A DNA stretch of 64,000 nucleotides, from positions 5,121-69,120 of the forward strand of contig DATDOV010000007.1 in assembly GCA_035293105.1 (NCBI GenBank). Reading direction: 5' to 3'. The notes beneath the pieces are model-generated. The model was not told the DNA's origin and did not search any database. It worked only from the letters and a program-made list of their open reading frames with translations. Shown here piece after piece: positions 16,385-27,441 of this stretch. This stretch comes from Blastocatellia bacterium. GTDB taxonomy: Bacteria; Acidobacteriota; Blastocatellia; UBA7656. The first letter of the stretch is position 1; each line of letters begins with the position of its first letter. Both the position numbers and the translations under genes were made by a program.

Positions 16385-19100
16385 CCGCCAGCAAACACAA
16401 GTCCCGCCGAGTTCTCCACAGAGTATAGGGCAGCGGAACGATCCTGAGACCGGCGCGATGAAACATCTTGTAGCGTTCGAGCGGAAAGGCTGATTCGTAG
16501 GCCCCAGGATAACCGACCAGATCGACGCCGCAACTCCGCCCATCCCGCGCCGCCACGAGGTCCAGTAACATTCCTGCAATCGGATAGCCCGGCCACGTTC
16601 GACAACCGAGTCCCTTCAGCGCTTCCTCTACTTCGCTGAGAAACCGATCTCGCTGCGCATTACTGTTGGACGGCTCTGCCTGCTTCCGAGAGTCGTCTAT
16701 ATGACGCAAGTACGCGCCGAGAAGCGAGTCGGCAGGGAGGTGATTCGCGTCAACGGAAGTGTAAACGCGCTGCGCGACTCGCGCTCGCGTTATCGACACG
16801 TTAAAGACGTCTGGCTTCTCCAGGAAACGCAGCGCCGCCGGGTGAGTAGACGAATCGACCGCCAGCGAGAGGTACACAAGGTCGCGCTCTTCTCCCTGAA
16901 AAGTGTGCGCCGTGCCGATTAAGACATCGTGTCTGTCGAGCGCAGCTAGCGGCAGCGATTTCGCAATCTGATCTGAGATGTAGTCGACTTGGCTGCGGAA
17001 GGGGGAGAGGATTCCCACCGAACGACGTGATTCCCGGCCGAGTGATTGCTCTGATTCAATCTGCTGCAAGCAGTCTGAGATCAGCCTGTGCGCCTCTTCC
17101 TCATTCACGCCCGAGCGATTCCGCCGCCCCGCCCCGCAGCACAGCGTCAGCGCATCAGTAGCCGGCGTTCCGGGCTTCTCGGTCATTACGCGGAGCGAAT
17201 CGGCGTAATACCTCCGGTTACTAAACTGAATGATCGGTGGGAGGCTTCGATAGTGCTCGTCTAGAAAGACGACGTGACCCTGGGAAGGCAATGCGTCGTT
17301 CACAAAATCCAATATGCTCTTCCCTCGATAATCGTAGTGGTGTTCCTGCTCAGCCGGCACACCGTGCTTGGCCAGAAGTTCCTTCTGGCGGCTCTGGGGT
17401 AAGAACGAGAGGTGTCGAAGCTGGTTGGGGTCGCCGGTGATCACGACGCGCCGAGCGCGTTGAAGGATGGGGAGACAGCTCGCGATGTCACACTGAGTTG
17501 CCTCGTCGATGATTGCCAGATCGAACAGCTCTTTCTTTAACGGGAGCACGTCGTGAATGTCGGCTAGATTGACCAGCCAGATCGGAAGCGCGGTGAAGAG
17601 AGTCGGGAAGTCGATTTGCTGGAAGAGGTCTTCTTGCTTCACGCCGGTGCGCGCACGGATCGCGTGCAAAAAAGTTCTGAACTGTTTGCGATGCTTACCC
17701 AGCGCTTCTCTGAGACGCCTGCGGTTCAGGAGTTGAAGCAGTTCGGTAGTCTTGTGTAAGCGCTGGTCGAGCAACCGCTGGAGTTCATCCAGCAACCGCC
17801 ACAGGTGAACCGAACGGCTCACTCGGTAGCCGATGTAAGAACTGCGCATTGATCGCCACAGGCCGGTTCCAGTTCTGCTCAGAGACCGGCCCCACGAGAG
17901 CTCGTTGAGGTTGCGTCGACGAATCCTACGCTCCAGTTGATCGACATCGCCCTCCAGCCGTGTTACGTCCTTCTCGATCCGCCTCTGATCGCGGCTCTGG
18001 TCTTCAGTGACGGTGTGCATTCCTGCAAGGAGCTGAACAAGATACTGCTTCAGGTCTTTGAGATACTGTTTTCGCCCGCCACGAACCACACAGCCTGCGA
18101 TACCCAACTGTCGTTCGATTTTGTCTCCGACGACATCGACCGCGTGGTTCATTCTTGAAGCTACAAGCACGGATTGTCGTCGGCTGAGACTCTCGGCCGC
18201 GAGCGCCGCGATCGTGAATGACTTACCGGTGCCGGGAGGGCCAATGACCAGAGTCAAGGGCATTGTCGCGCCAAGCTCGATGATGGTTTGCTGCGCTTTG
18301 TTGAGCAGCGCGGGAACGCGCCCCAATCGCGGCTTACGTGTGACTGACCGGGTCGGCGAAGTGGCGAAAAGCACCTGGAGCGGCTCGGAAAGTGACTCGC
18401 CCTCTGCCATCTCCGAAAGCTCGTTCACGACGCCGCGCGTCTCGACCGACCTGTTGACGATCGCCGCAGCCGAGGAAGCAACGGCTAGCGGTCGACCGCC
18501 CTGCTCTCTCATGCGAGCGAACATGTCTTGCAGTCCGCGTTGAGAGACAAGCTTCGGGTAGTCGCGAAGAGCGCTGGCGTTCAGTTCCGGCACTGTCTCC
18601 TCGAGTAGCGCGGCAAGCTCAAAGACCTGTTCTGCGCCCAGGGGCCAATTGCGCGACAACTCGGCGGTCTGTTGCGAGAGACGCCTCTGCCCAGAGTCTC
18701 CTTCCAGCGCGTCCAGCAGGTGATAATTCAACCGACGGTTGTCAAAGTCCGGCTTCAGGAAGACGTGAGGATGTCGCTCGGTGATTTCTGCTGGATGGAT
18801 GAGGAGCGGGGCGCAGATGGCGCGGGGCTCCTCTTCGCCGATGCTCAGACGAGCGACGACGAAGAGCGAGCAGTAGACCAGTTCCTTCTCCTTCTTGTAA
18901 AGATAGGCAGTCTTCTTGGCTTCCGATCCGTCATCAGGATCCAGCACCGCCTCGGCGAGGAAGCCGTTTAGAAGCTCCTCTTCGCGTTCGACAAAGATCC
19001 GATGACTCACTGTCGGTTGGAAGATATTCCAAAGTGTACTTCTCCTGTTGTCTTCCTCGTAGCAGTCTCTGAAATACCGGATGATGTTTGAACGAACCAT
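16353..19100 (-). CDS. Superfamily 1 (Upf1/DNA2-like) helicase with a C-terminal Vsr/REase-like domain
   Basis: Walker A 'GPPGTGKS', 'IIDEATQ', 'GDPNQL', 'EHYRS', 'FQGEERD', 'NVSITRAR'. C-terminal 'EVEEALKGLG...YPIAGMLLDLV'. Confidence 0.85.
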   Translation of the reverse strand: MVRSNIIRYFRDCYEEDNRRSTLWNIFQPTVSHRIFVEREEELLNGFLAEAVLDPDDGSEAKKTAYLYKKEKELVYCSLFVVARLSIGEEEPRAICAPLLIHPAEITERHPHVFLKPDFDNRRLNYHLLDALEGDSGQRRLSQQTAELSRNWPLGAEQVFELAALLEETVPELNASALRDYPKLVSQRGLQDMFARMREQGGRPLAVASSAAAIVNRSVETRGVVNELSEMAEGESLSEPLQVLFATSPTRSVTRKPRLGRVPALLNKAQQTIIELGATMPLTLVIGPPGTGKSFTIAALAAESLSRRQSVLVASRMNHAVDVVGDKIERQLGIAGCVVRGGRKQYLKDLKQYLVQLLAGMHTVTEDQSRDQRRIEKDVTRLEGDVDQLERRIRRRNLNELSWGRSLSRTGTGLWRSMRSSYIGYRVSRSVHLWRLLDELQRLLDQRLHKTTELLQLLNRRRLREALGKHRKQFRTFLHAIRARTGVKQEDLFQQIDFPTLFTALPIWLVNLADIHDVLPLKKELFDLAIIDEATQCDIASCLPILQRARRVVITGDPNQLRHLSFLPQSRQKELLAKHGVPAEQEHHYDYRGKSILDFVNDALPSQGHVVFLDEHYRSLPPIIQFSNRRYYADSLRVMTEKPGTPATDALTLCCGAGRRNRSGVNEEEAHRLISDCLQQIESEQSLGRESRRSVGILSPFRSQVDYISDQIAKSLPLAALDRHDVLIGTAHTFQGEERDLVYLSLAVDSSTHPAALRFLEKPDVFNVSITRARVAQRVYTSVDANHLPADSLLGAYLRHIDDSRKQAEPSNSNAQRDRFLSEVEEALKGLGCRTWPGYPIAGMLLDLVAARDGRSCGVDLVGYPGAYESAFPLERYKMFHRAGLRIVPLPYTLWRTRRDLCLLAVTDALSGGNP

Positions 19101-19189
19101 AACAGTAAGAGCGGCGCCACCGCGACAACCGACTGTGGATACCGCGCCGACAACTTCTCGCAGTCGGTTCGCCGAGAGCGACGTGCAAA

Positions 19190-20884
19190 TCAGGCCTGTG
19201 AATCGGTTGATTCAACGGATACCGAGGCGTGCTCAGCATCAATCGTCGTCATCTCGGCCATCAACAAGCGCTCGCACTCAGCCGCCGAGGTGCCAGCCCG
19301 CGTCGTTGCCTCCACTGCTTCACCAACCGGCCGCACGGGCTTCGACGGAATCCAGAAGCCCGACACCAACCCCAGCGCAGCGAAGACGACCCCAACCAGA
19401 AATACATTCTCCAGCGCCCCCGCCAATGCCTCGCCAAGCGGCTTGACGATCTCTGGCGGCAGCGACCTCCGCGCAATGGGCTCGATCAACGCGCTCGGAT
19501 TGTGCACGATGCGCGAGACCTTGTCCTCCTCGAGCCCGCTCTTGCGCTGAATCTCGGTCATCTGCGACGTGAGGCTGATCGTCATCACCGCGCCCATCAC
19601 CGCTACGCCGACCGCGCCGCCGATCGAGCGCGCGAATTGGTTGATCGAAGTCGCGATCCCGAGCTGGCCCCGCTCGACCGAATTCTGCGTCGTCAAGAGC
19701 AACGCGAGCATCACCAGGCCCATGCCCCCGCCGAGCGCCCCCGCTACCGCAAGCAACTGCCAGCGAGGCGTTCCCGTGCCGAACCTCGACAGTACCAGGA
19801 AGCTGGCCGTCAGCACCGTCAGTCCCGCCAGTATCGTCGGCCGGTGACCAACCCTGAGCATCAACCTCCCACCGACAATCGCCAGTCCGACCCACCCGAG
19901 CAGGAACGGAGTCAAGACCGTGCCTGCTTCGGTCGCCGTTCCTCCCAGCGTTCCTTGCACGAACAGCGGGATGAATGAGATCGCGCCGAACATAGCCGTG
20001 CCGACCAGGAAACTCGTGATCGAACCGACGCTCACCATTCGATTTCGAAACAGGCTGAACGGAATGATCGGCTCGGGCGCGCGCCGCTCGGTTCTGACGA
20101 AAAGGAAGCCGAACAGGATCGCACCTGCCACCGGCGCAATCATCGCGGGCCGGGTCCACACCGATGGGTCGCCGCTCTCGACCAGCGCGATCAGTAGCAG
20201 CGTGATAGCAAGCGTCAGCCATATCGCCCCGGCATAATCTATGATCGGATGCTGCTCGCGTTTGGGTTCTGCGAGAGCAGTGCCTACGACGACCGCCGCC
20301 GCGACCCCGAACGGGATGTTGATGTAGAAGACCCATCGCCATGAAAGATTGTCCGTGATGAACCCGCCCGCGAGCGGCCCAAGAATCGATGCGAGACCCC
20401 AGACCCCGCTGAAGAGTCCCTGCATTCGCGCTCGCTCCTTCAGCGTGAAAATGTCGCCGGTGATCGTCATGCTCAGCGGCACGAGCCCGCCGGCGCCCAA
20501 ACCTTGAATAGCGCGAAACGCGATCAGTTGATTGAAGGACGCCGATGCGCCCGACAACGCCGATCCGACGAGGAAGAAGATGACCGCGGCCAGATAGAGC
20601 GGCCGGCGTCCGTATAAATCCGACAGCCGTCCCCACACCGGCACGCTCACGGTCGCGGTCAGAAGGTAAGCCGAGAATGCCCAACTGTAACGATCAAGTC
20701 CGCCGAGCGACGCGATCACCGTCGGCATCGCGGTTCCGATGACCGTGGCTTCGAGCGCGGCCAGGAACATTCCGAGCATCACGCCTGCGGTCACGGCCCA
20801 GCGGCGGCGCGAAGAGAGCACGACGTGTGGTTGGTCGAGTGAGCTGGCTATCAGCGGCTCGGTTCGTAGCGTCTTCAGGCTCAT
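19190..20884 (-). CDS. MFS transporter, DHA2 (EmrB/QacA) drug:H+ antiporter family
   Basis: Motif A 'GRLSDLYGRR', 'RAIQGLGAGG', 'GPLAGGFIT', 'WRWVFYINIPFG'; about 14 hydrophobic segments. Confidence 0.92.
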   Translation of the reverse strand: MSLKTLRTEPLIASSLDQPHVVLSSRRRWAVTAGVMLGMFLAALEATVIGTAMPTVIASLGGLDRYSWAFSAYLLTATVSVPVWGRLSDLYGRRPLYLAAVIFFLVGSALSGASASFNQLIAFRAIQGLGAGGLVPLSMTITGDIFTLKERARMQGLFSGVWGLASILGPLAGGFITDNLSWRWVFYINIPFGVAAAVVVGTALAEPKREQHPIIDYAGAIWLTLAITLLLIALVESGDPSVWTRPAMIAPVAGAILFGFLFVRTERRAPEPIIPFSLFRNRMVSVGSITSFLVGTAMFGAISFIPLFVQGTLGGTATEAGTVLTPFLLGWVGLAIVGGRLMLRVGHRPTILAGLTVLTASFLVLSRFGTGTPRWQLLAVAGALGGGMGLVMLALLLTTQNSVERGQLGIATSINQFARSIGGAVGVAVMGAVMTISLTSQMTEIQRKSGLEEDKVSRIVHNPSALIEPIARRSLPPEIVKPLGEALAGALENVFLVGVVFAALGLVSGFWIPSKPVRPVGEAVEATTRAGTSAAECERLLMAEMTTIDAEHASVSVESTDSQA

Positions 20885-20968
20885 CGAAGTGTACTCTGAC
20901 CGATTGCGGCAAAGATGATCAAGCTCTCACGCGCACACGGCGCCGCCAACCGGAGGGCGTCATTTGGT

Positions 20969-21325
20969 TCAGCGCGGCCAAAGCTCGTCAGGACCGTATA
21001 TGATAATCGCGGCGTTGAAACCGTACGCGAGAAGGAGCAAGCCGCCCATCGCTAACGACCCCGACACCGACAGCAGCAGGCGCAACCTTCTCAACCGGCC
21101 CTCAAATCGACGTTCCGCGAACATCGTCGTGAGGCTCAGTCCGATCAGAAGGCAAAGGTAGAGAACCAGAACGAGGAAGTAGATCAAGCCTCCCCATCCT
21201 CTCATCGCCGTGAAAAGAAGGAGCCAGCCGAGAGGCGCGACGACTAGACGCAAGGCCCATCGAGCGAGCCCTCGGTATAGGATGCCGGCCTGAACGGGAT
21301 TGGCCGAATCGCGCTTAGTGTTCAT
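20969..21325 (-). CDS. Small membrane protein, unknown function
   Basis: 118-aa ATG-started ORF with about three hydrophobic stretches, co-oriented with its neighbours. Confidence 0.55.
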   Translation of the reverse strand: MNTKRDSANPVQAGILYRGLARWALRLVVAPLGWLLLFTAMRGWGGLIYFLVLVLYLCLLIGLSLTTMFAERRFEGRLRRLRLLLSVSGSLAMGGLLLLAYGFNAAIIIYGPDELWPR

Positions 21326-21378
21326 ATAGCCGCCGTGGAGTCAGTCGGGTCGATGCCAGAACGACGCACGTTCCCGGA

Positions 21379-21747
21379 TTAGGCTTCCGTCGGATATCCA
21401 AGCTCGCCCCAGCGCTTCCACCCCCCATCCATCGAGACCGGATTCTTGTAGCCCATCCGCTGCAGCGCATCCGCCGCGAGCGCGCTCCTGTACCCGCCTC
21501 CACAGTAGAGGATTATTTCCGCGTCGTGATCGGGAATGGTCGTCTCGATATCGCGTTCGATGATGCCCTTGCCTAGATGAATCGCTCCGCGCGCGTGGCC
21601 GCGTTCCCACTCGTTGTCCTCGCGCACGTCAACGAAGTGAAACCTCTCGCCCGCCTCTTGCCTGCGCCGGACTGCCTCAGGCGTCGTTTCGCGGACGCGG
21701 CTCTTGGCTTCGTTGACGAGCTCTAAGAACCCTTCCGAATGTTGCAT
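21379..21747 (-). CDS. Rhodanese-like sulfurtransferase
   Basis: 'VDVREDNEW', 'LYCGGGYRSALAA', 'SMDGG'. GGAGG RBS before ATG 21747. Confidence 0.92.
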   Translation of the reverse strand: MQHSEGFLELVNEAKSRVRETTPEAVRRRQEAGERFHFVDVREDNEWERGHARGAIHLGKGIIERDIETTIPDHDAEIILYCGGGYRSALAADALQRMGYKNPVSMDGGWKRWGELGYPTEA

Positions 21748-21812
21748 GGTTCGGCCTCCCTTCAACAAGAGACATACTCTGACTGATTGTGGGCGCGATG
21801 ATCAAGCGGAGG

Positions 21813-21971
21813 TTTAACCGCCAAGACGCCAAGAGCGGAAAGTAAGCAATGGAGTGAATGGGAGATTTTGACTTCATCTTGAACATCCGCCTGAGAATCG
21901 AACCCTTCCATCACTTTGCCCATCACTTGGCCTTGCGCATTCTTGGCGTTCTTGGCGTCTTGGCGGTTAAA
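21813..21971. repeat. Perfect 22-bp inverted repeat built from CGCCAAGA octamers (REP/BIME-like)
   Basis: TTTAACCGCCAAGACGCCAAGA (21813-21834) and its reverse complement (21950-21971). Confidence 0.8.
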
Positions 21972-21978
21972 TCCCAGC

Positions 21979-22008
21979 TTGACCCGAAATTTTGAGACAA
22001 CATAGAAT
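21979..22008 (+). promoter_or_regulatory. Possible sigma70 promoter for the S9 peptidase pair
   Basis: TTGACC, 18-bp spacer, TAGAAT. Confidence 0.45.
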
Positions 22009-22087
22009 GCCCTTCTCGCGAACGAAGCTCTCACATACGCGTTCACCCACCAGTGGATTGAAAGACCAGCTACACAGGAGTCTCCCA

Positions 22088-24094
22088 ATGCGACAACGAA
22101 ATGTGCTTATCTCATTCGCCGTGATGGTCGCGATGGCGGCCGGGGTGTGGGCCAACAACCGAGACCGGCTGACCATCGACCTGTTCCTCGATTGGGAATA
22201 CGTCGCGTCGCCCCAGATCTCTCCCGATGGCGCGCAGATCGTCTACACCCGACGCTGGGCCGACAAGGTCAACGACCGATTCGAAAGCGATGTGTGGATC
22301 ATGAACTCGGACGGCAGCAAGAACCGGTTCCTCGTCAAAGGCGGATCGCCTCAATGGTCGCCAGACGGCAAGCGCATCGCCTACGTCGCGCCCGGCCAAC
22401 CCAGCGGCGCGCAGATATGGGCCAAGTGGATGGACACCGGCGAAGAGACTCAGTTGACTCGCCTCGAGCGCGGCCCGAGCAACATCCAGTGGTCGCCCGA
22501 TGGTAAGCGGATCGCCTTCAACATGGTCGTACCCGCGACCCCGAGTTTCACCGTCAAGTTGCCGGCGCGGCCCGCGGGCGCAAAGTGGATCGATCCGCCG
22601 AAGGTGATCGATAAGCTCGATTATCGCGCGGATGGCTCCGGCTACAGGCCTGAGGGCTACATGCACATCTTCGTGATACCCGACACCGGGGGCACGCCGC
22701 GGCAGTTGACCGACGGCGACTACAATCACGGCGGCGTGGAATGGACGCCGGATTCTCAGTCCGTGATCTTCAGCGCCGTGCGAAAACCCGATGCTGAGTA
22801 TCTTCGCGGCGGCGGCGAGATCTACTCGCTCACTCTCGGCGACGATCAGATTCGCGCGCTGACCGATCGCAACGGGCCCGATACGAACCCGACGGTCTCG
22901 CCTGACGGCAAGCTGATCGCCTACACGGGATTTGACCAGACCGACGACACCTACACGGTCGCGAAGCTCGCCGTCATGAACATCGATGGCAGCGGCAAAC
23001 GGACGCTCACCGATGGTTTCGACCGCGCGCCCGGCGGCTTGTTTTGGGCGACGGATGGCAGCGGAGTCTACTTCACCACGGAAGACCGCGGGACCAACAA
23101 TCTCTACTTCATGCCCATGACTGGAACCGGCCCGCGTCAGGTCACCCAGGGCAATCACCAGTTGCAGGTCTCGTCGGCGGCGAAAAACGGTTTGATGGCT
23201 GGCGTGCTCTCGAGTCCGACTGAACCGGGCGACGTCGTAGTCTTCAGCGCCAAGAGTCCCGCGCCGAAGCGGCTGACCGGCGTGAACGACGACTTGCTCG
23301 AAGGCCGCAAGATCGGCGCGACCGAAGAGGTTTGGTATGACTCGGTCGGCGGCAAGAAGATTCAAGGCTGGATCATCAAGCCGCCCGACTTCGATGCATC
23401 GAAGAAGTACCCGCTGATGCTCTATATTCACGGCGGCCCGCATTCGATGTACGGCGTTGGGTTCAACTTCGAGTTTCAGAACCACGCGGCCGAAGGCTAC
23501 GTCGTGTTGTACACGAACCCGCGCGGCTCGACCGGCTATGGTTACGAGTTCGGCAACGCGATCAAGAACAACTACCCGGGCGAGGACTACGACGACTTGA
23601 TGAACGGCGTTGACGCGGTGATCAAGAAGGGTTTCATCGACGAGCGCAACCTGTTCGTCTGCGGCGGGAGCGGCGGCGGAGTGCTGTCGTCGTGGATCGT
23701 CGGCCACACGAATCGGTTCGCGGCGGCGGTAGTAATGAAGCCGGTGATCAACTGGTACAGCTTCGTTGGGACGACGGACGGCTCGTCGTGGTATTACAAC
23801 TTCAAGAAGCTGCCGTGGGAGGACCCTTCGGAGCACCTGCGGCGGTCGCCGATCACTTATGTGGGCAACGTGACGACGCCGACGATGCTGATGACGGGGG
23901 ATCTCGATTTGCGCACGCCGATGGAGCAAACCGAGCAGTACTACCGGGCGCTGAAGATGCGCAAAGTGCCGACGGTGATGGTGCGGATAGCGGATGAGTA
24001 TCACGGCTTCAATTTCGTGCCGCGGCATCCGTCGAACCGGCTTCAGCAGATACTGTTTCTGCGAGGGTGGTTCGAGAAGTGGAGAAAGAAATAA
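22088..24094 (+). CDS. S9-family serine peptidase (acylaminoacyl/dipeptidyl aminopeptidase) with beta-propeller
   Basis: PD40-like 'SPDG' repeats, 'IHGGPH', nucleophile 'GGSGGG', 'DLRTP', 'EYHG'. Confidence 0.92.
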   Translation: MRQRNVLISFAVMVAMAAGVWANNRDRLTIDLFLDWEYVASPQISPDGAQIVYTRRWADKVNDRFESDVWIMNSDGSKNRFLVKGGSPQWSPDGKRIAYVAPGQPSGAQIWAKWMDTGEETQLTRLERGPSNIQWSPDGKRIAFNMVVPATPSFTVKLPARPAGAKWIDPPKVIDKLDYRADGSGYRPEGYMHIFVIPDTGGTPRQLTDGDYNHGGVEWTPDSQSVIFSAVRKPDAEYLRGGGEIYSLTLGDDQIRALTDRNGPDTNPTVSPDGKLIAYTGFDQTDDTYTVAKLAVMNIDGSGKRTLTDGFDRAPGGLFWATDGSGVYFTTEDRGTNNLYFMPMTGTGPRQVTQGNHQLQVSSAAKNGLMAGVLSSPTEPGDVVVFSAKSPAPKRLTGVNDDLLEGRKIGATEEVWYDSVGGKKIQGWIIKPPDFDASKKYPLMLYIHGGPHSMYGVGFNFEFQNHAAEGYVVLYTNPRGSTGYGYEFGNAIKNNYPGEDYDDLMNGVDAVIKKGFIDERNLFVCGGSGGGVLSSWIVGHTNRFAAAVVMKPVINWYSFVGTTDGSSWYYNFKKLPWEDPSEHLRRSPITYVGNVTTPTMLMTGDLDLRTPMEQTEQYYRALKMRKVPTVMVRIADEYHGFNFVPRHPSNRLQQILFLRGWFEKWRKK

Positions 24095-24129
24095 AGGACA
24101 CCGGCCGTCGAGCACTTCAAGGAGACATC

Positions 24130-26559
24130 ATGAAACTGCACGCACTTCGCGGGCGAGCGGTTCTCGCTTGCCTGTTACTGTTACCGGCGACCGTTTGCGC
24201 ACAAGGCACGCGGGCCGACTATGAACGGGCGAACAAGCTACGTGACAAGTTTCAGGGGCTTGCGATCAACGTCCCCGAGCGAGCGAACTGGATCGGGACC
24301 ACGAGCCGCTTCTGGTATCGCAAATCGGTAAAGGGCGGCAACCAGTTTGTCCTCGTAGACGGCGCGACGCTCGCAAAGCAGCCGGCCTTTGACCACGAAA
24401 GGTTGTCGGCGTCGCTCTCAACCGCTACCGGCGAGAAGTACACCGCAGTGACTCTGCCGTTTCCCTCCATCACGTTCGTTGACGAGGATCGGGCGATTGA
24501 ATTCGTCGCGGCGGCCTGGACCTGGAAGTGTGACCTTGCGAGCTATGAATGCAAGAAGCTCGGCGCCGCCCCGCGAGGACCACAGCGCCCCGGAGGACCC
24601 TACGATGGCCTCGAAGAGAATCCTGCCGAGTTTGGCAACGACGTGTATGACGGCGTCGCGGGCCTCTCACCGCAAGGACAGCAGCAGCGTGGCGGCGCTC
24701 AAGGTCGAGGCGTGGGTCAGACCTCGGAACAACTCCCGGATCGCGCGGTCTCCCCAGATGGCAAGTGGGAAGCCCTCATTCAGAATTACAACGTCTTCAT
24801 CCGGCCCAAAGGAAAGACCGACGCTTCGCCGCTGAGCTACGACGGTTCGGAAGGGAACTACTACACGCTTGCTTCGATCGCCTGGTCGCCTGATTCAAAG
24901 TACGTGGCCGCGTATCGGGTGCGCCCCGGCTACCGCCGTCAGGTCCACTACGTCGAATCGTCGCCGGCCGATCAGGTGCAGCCGAAACACTCGCAGCGGG
25001 ACTACGCTAAACCCGGAGATGTTCTGAACGTCGCGCATCCCGTGCTCTTTGATATCGCCGCGAAAAGACAAATCAACATCGAGAACGGCCTCTTTCCCAA
25101 TCCCTATAGCCTGTCGACCCTAGTCTGGCGGAAAGACAGCCGCGCTTTCACCTTTGAGTACAACCAGCGGGGTCATCAGGTGTACCGAATCATCGAAGTC
25201 GAGGCGGCGACGGGAAAACCTCGGACCGTGATCTCGGAAGAGAGTTCCACGTTCATCGACTACCGCCCTCTGATCCCGAACCCGCGCGACACCGGAAAGA
25301 AGTATCGCTATGACCTGAGCGATGGCAGGGAGATCATCTGGGCGTCGGAACGCGACGGATGGAATCACCTCTACTTGTATGACGGCGCGACGGGCAAGCT
25401 CAAGAACCAGATCACGAAGGGCAACTGGGTAGTCCGGGCAGTCGAAAAGGTCGATGAAGCCAAACGCCAAATCTGGTTTCAGGCGAGCGGTATGTATCCG
25501 GGCAAGGACCCGTACTTCACTCACTTCTACAGAATCGATTTCGACGGCGGCAACCTCACGGCGTTCACCGAAGCCGACGCCAATCACACCGTCGCGTTCT
25601 CGTCCGATCTGAAGCACTACGTCGATACCTGGTCGCGCGTCGACGCGGGGACCGTGTCCGAGCTTCGCCGAACAGAAGATCGAAAGGTGTTGCTCGAACT
25701 TGAGAAGGTCGATGTCAGCGAGTTGATCGCCGCGGGCTGGCGCGCCCCCGAAGTCTTCACCGCTCCCGGGCGAGACGGCAAGACCGACATCTGGGGAATC
25801 ATCGTTCGACCGGCCGGTCTCGACCCGTCGAAGAAATACCCGGTCATCGAGAACATCTACGCCGGTCCTCAAGGCTCGTTCGTTCCCAAAACATTCAGCG
25901 CGTACAACGCGATGCAATCGCTTGCGGAGTTGGGATTCATCGTCGTTCAGATCGACGGCATGGGCACGAACAACAGGTCGAAGGTGTTTCACGACGTGGC
26001 TTGGAAGAACCTGGGCGACGCCGGCTTCGCCGACCGAATCGCGTGGCACAAGGCCGTGGCCGCGAAGTATCCCTACTACGACATCACGCGCGTCGGAATC
26101 TACGGCACGTCGGCGGGCGGCCAGAACTCGATGGGGGCATTGTTGTTTCATCCCGAGTTCTACAAAGCGGCGGTATCGAATTCGGGTTGTCACGACAACC
26201 GGATGGACAAGATTTGGTGGAACGAGCAATGGATGGGATGGCCGGTGGGGCCACATTATTCGGCGTCGTCGAACGTGGATAACGCTCACAAGCTGCAAGG
26301 CGACTTGCTGCTCGTGCTTGGAGAGATGGACACGAATGTCGATCCGGCTTCGACGTTGCAGGTAGTGAACCAGCTCATCAAGGCCAACAAGAAGTTTGAT
26401 TTGCTTTACGTGCCAGGTGGCGGGCACGGTGCGGGCGGCGCGTACGGGCAACGATTGATGTATGACTTTTTCGTGCACCATCTGCTGGCAGTCGAGCCGC
26501 CAGATTGGAACAAGGAGGAGGCAAAGGGAGAATCTGCGGCGGGACGGGATCAACGGTGA
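24130..26559 (+). CDS. Dipeptidyl peptidase IV-like S9B peptidase
   Basis: '[12 protein letters not shown]', 'IYAGPQG', nucleophile 'GTSAGG', 'DTNVDP', 'GGGHG'. GGAG RBS before ATG 24130. Confidence 0.92.
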   Translation: MKLHALRGRAVLACLLLLPATVCAQGTRADYERANKLRDKFQGLAINVPERANWIGTTSRFWYRKSVKGGNQFVLVDGATLAKQPAFDHERLSASLSTATGEKYTAVTLPFPSITFVDEDRAIEFVAAAWTWKCDLASYECKKLGAAPRGPQRPGGPYDGLEENPAEFGNDVYDGVAGLSPQGQQQRGGAQGRGVGQTSEQLPDRAVSPDGKWEALIQNYNVFIRPKGKTDASPLSYDGSEGNYYTLASIAWSPDSKYVAAYRVRPGYRRQVHYVESSPADQVQPKHSQRDYAKPGDVLNVAHPVLFDIAAKRQINIENGLFPNPYSLSTLVWRKDSRAFTFEYNQRGHQVYRIIEVEAATGKPRTVISEESSTFIDYRPLIPNPRDTGKKYRYDLSDGREIIWASERDGWNHLYLYDGATGKLKNQITKGNWVVRAVEKVDEAKRQIWFQASGMYPGKDPYFTHFYRIDFDGGNLTAFTEADANHTVAFSSDLKHYVDTWSRVDAGTVSELRRTEDRKVLLELEKVDVSELIAAGWRAPEVFTAPGRDGKTDIWGIIVRPAGLDPSKKYPVIENIYAGPQGSFVPKTFSAYNAMQSLAELGFIVVQIDGMGTNNRSKVFHDVAWKNLGDAGFADRIAWHKAVAAKYPYYDITRVGIYGTSAGGQNSMGALLFHPEFYKAAVSNSGCHDNRMDKIWWNEQWMGWPVGPHYSASSNVDNAHKLQGDLLLVLGEMDTNVDPASTLQVVNQLIKANKKFDLLYVPGGGHGAGGAYGQRLMYDFFVHHLLAVEPPDWNKEEAKGESAAGRDQR

Positions 26560-27181
26560 ACGCCTCTCCCCACGCTTGCGGTGAGGATGCCGCTCGGGAC
26601 CGATCAACTTCGCGCCGAGCTGGGGGCTCCCAGGCTTAGTGATGGCTAGTCATAAGCAAGAGTAAAGCCGAGGGCCCGTAACTCTCGCGTGAATGCCGCG
26701 ATCTTTCTTATCACCGCGAGCGGTGATAAAAGAGGCGCTGAGTTGAGGTTCGCCCACTTCATTGGGGTGGCGTTTGCCAGGGAATGAACCTCTCAACCCA
26801 ATACTGATCGTTTCGTCAGATTTCGGGCGATACTTCATATATTGAGTTGTTCGATGATCTCACGTGGGCATCGGAGCAGCATCCAAAACGGTAATCGTGC
26901 GCCTAAACCGGACCGATCCGCCAAAGATCTGGTACATATGAGTTGGTGAAGGGGTGAAGTCCGGTCACAAGGGAATTTGCAGACGACAATAGGGTTTCAG
27001 TTAAGGTTCTTTGTAAACAAATCATGGGATCGTGAAGACGCTAGAAGAGTGTACGGATCGTCCAACCAGCGATGCGACGGAAGGTGGGTGGCGGTAACGT
27101 GGTGCATGCTGTCGTGCTCAGTCTGATTCAAACGCACGCAGGGTCAATCACAAGCATTTCGCGACGCCTGAGACAAGCCCA

Positions 27182-27351
27182 ACTCAATCCACTCGCCCTG
27201 ACATGGCGTGTTCGGGCATCCTCCTCGTGCGCGTCAGCCCGTAAGACTTCAATTGGCGATAGAGCGTGCTCGGCGAGATTCCCAGAATCTCCGACGCTTT
27301 GCCCTGATGCCATCCCGTCTGTTCAAGCACGATGATTATCTGTTTCTTCTT
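27182..27351 (-). pseudogene. 170-bp copy of the 3' end (Fis-type HTH) of the sigma54 response regulator gene; putative attachment-site scar 1
   Basis: Aligns without gaps to 49126-49295 with 14 mismatches by hand count. Similarity ends 2 nt past the stop codon. Confidence 0.9.
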
Positions 27352-27441
27352 TGTTCCGCAAGCGACGGGACGTCCGCGGGACGTTCGCGCAGCGGCGATG
27401 CGTCACCTCCGTCCCGCCTCGTTCCCCGGAGCCATCAAGAT

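Noticed and set aside
21860-21935. tRNA suggested by GGTTCGATTC on the minus strand
   Set aside because: No T-stem, acceptor stem or anticodon arm can be formed; it is the spacer of a REP-like inverted repeat.
26650-26838. 62-aa ORF with faint BrnT-like words (RGDK...IHAR)
   Set aside because: It overlaps palindromic repeats that explain the sequence, and the rest of the toxin motif and any antitoxin are missing.
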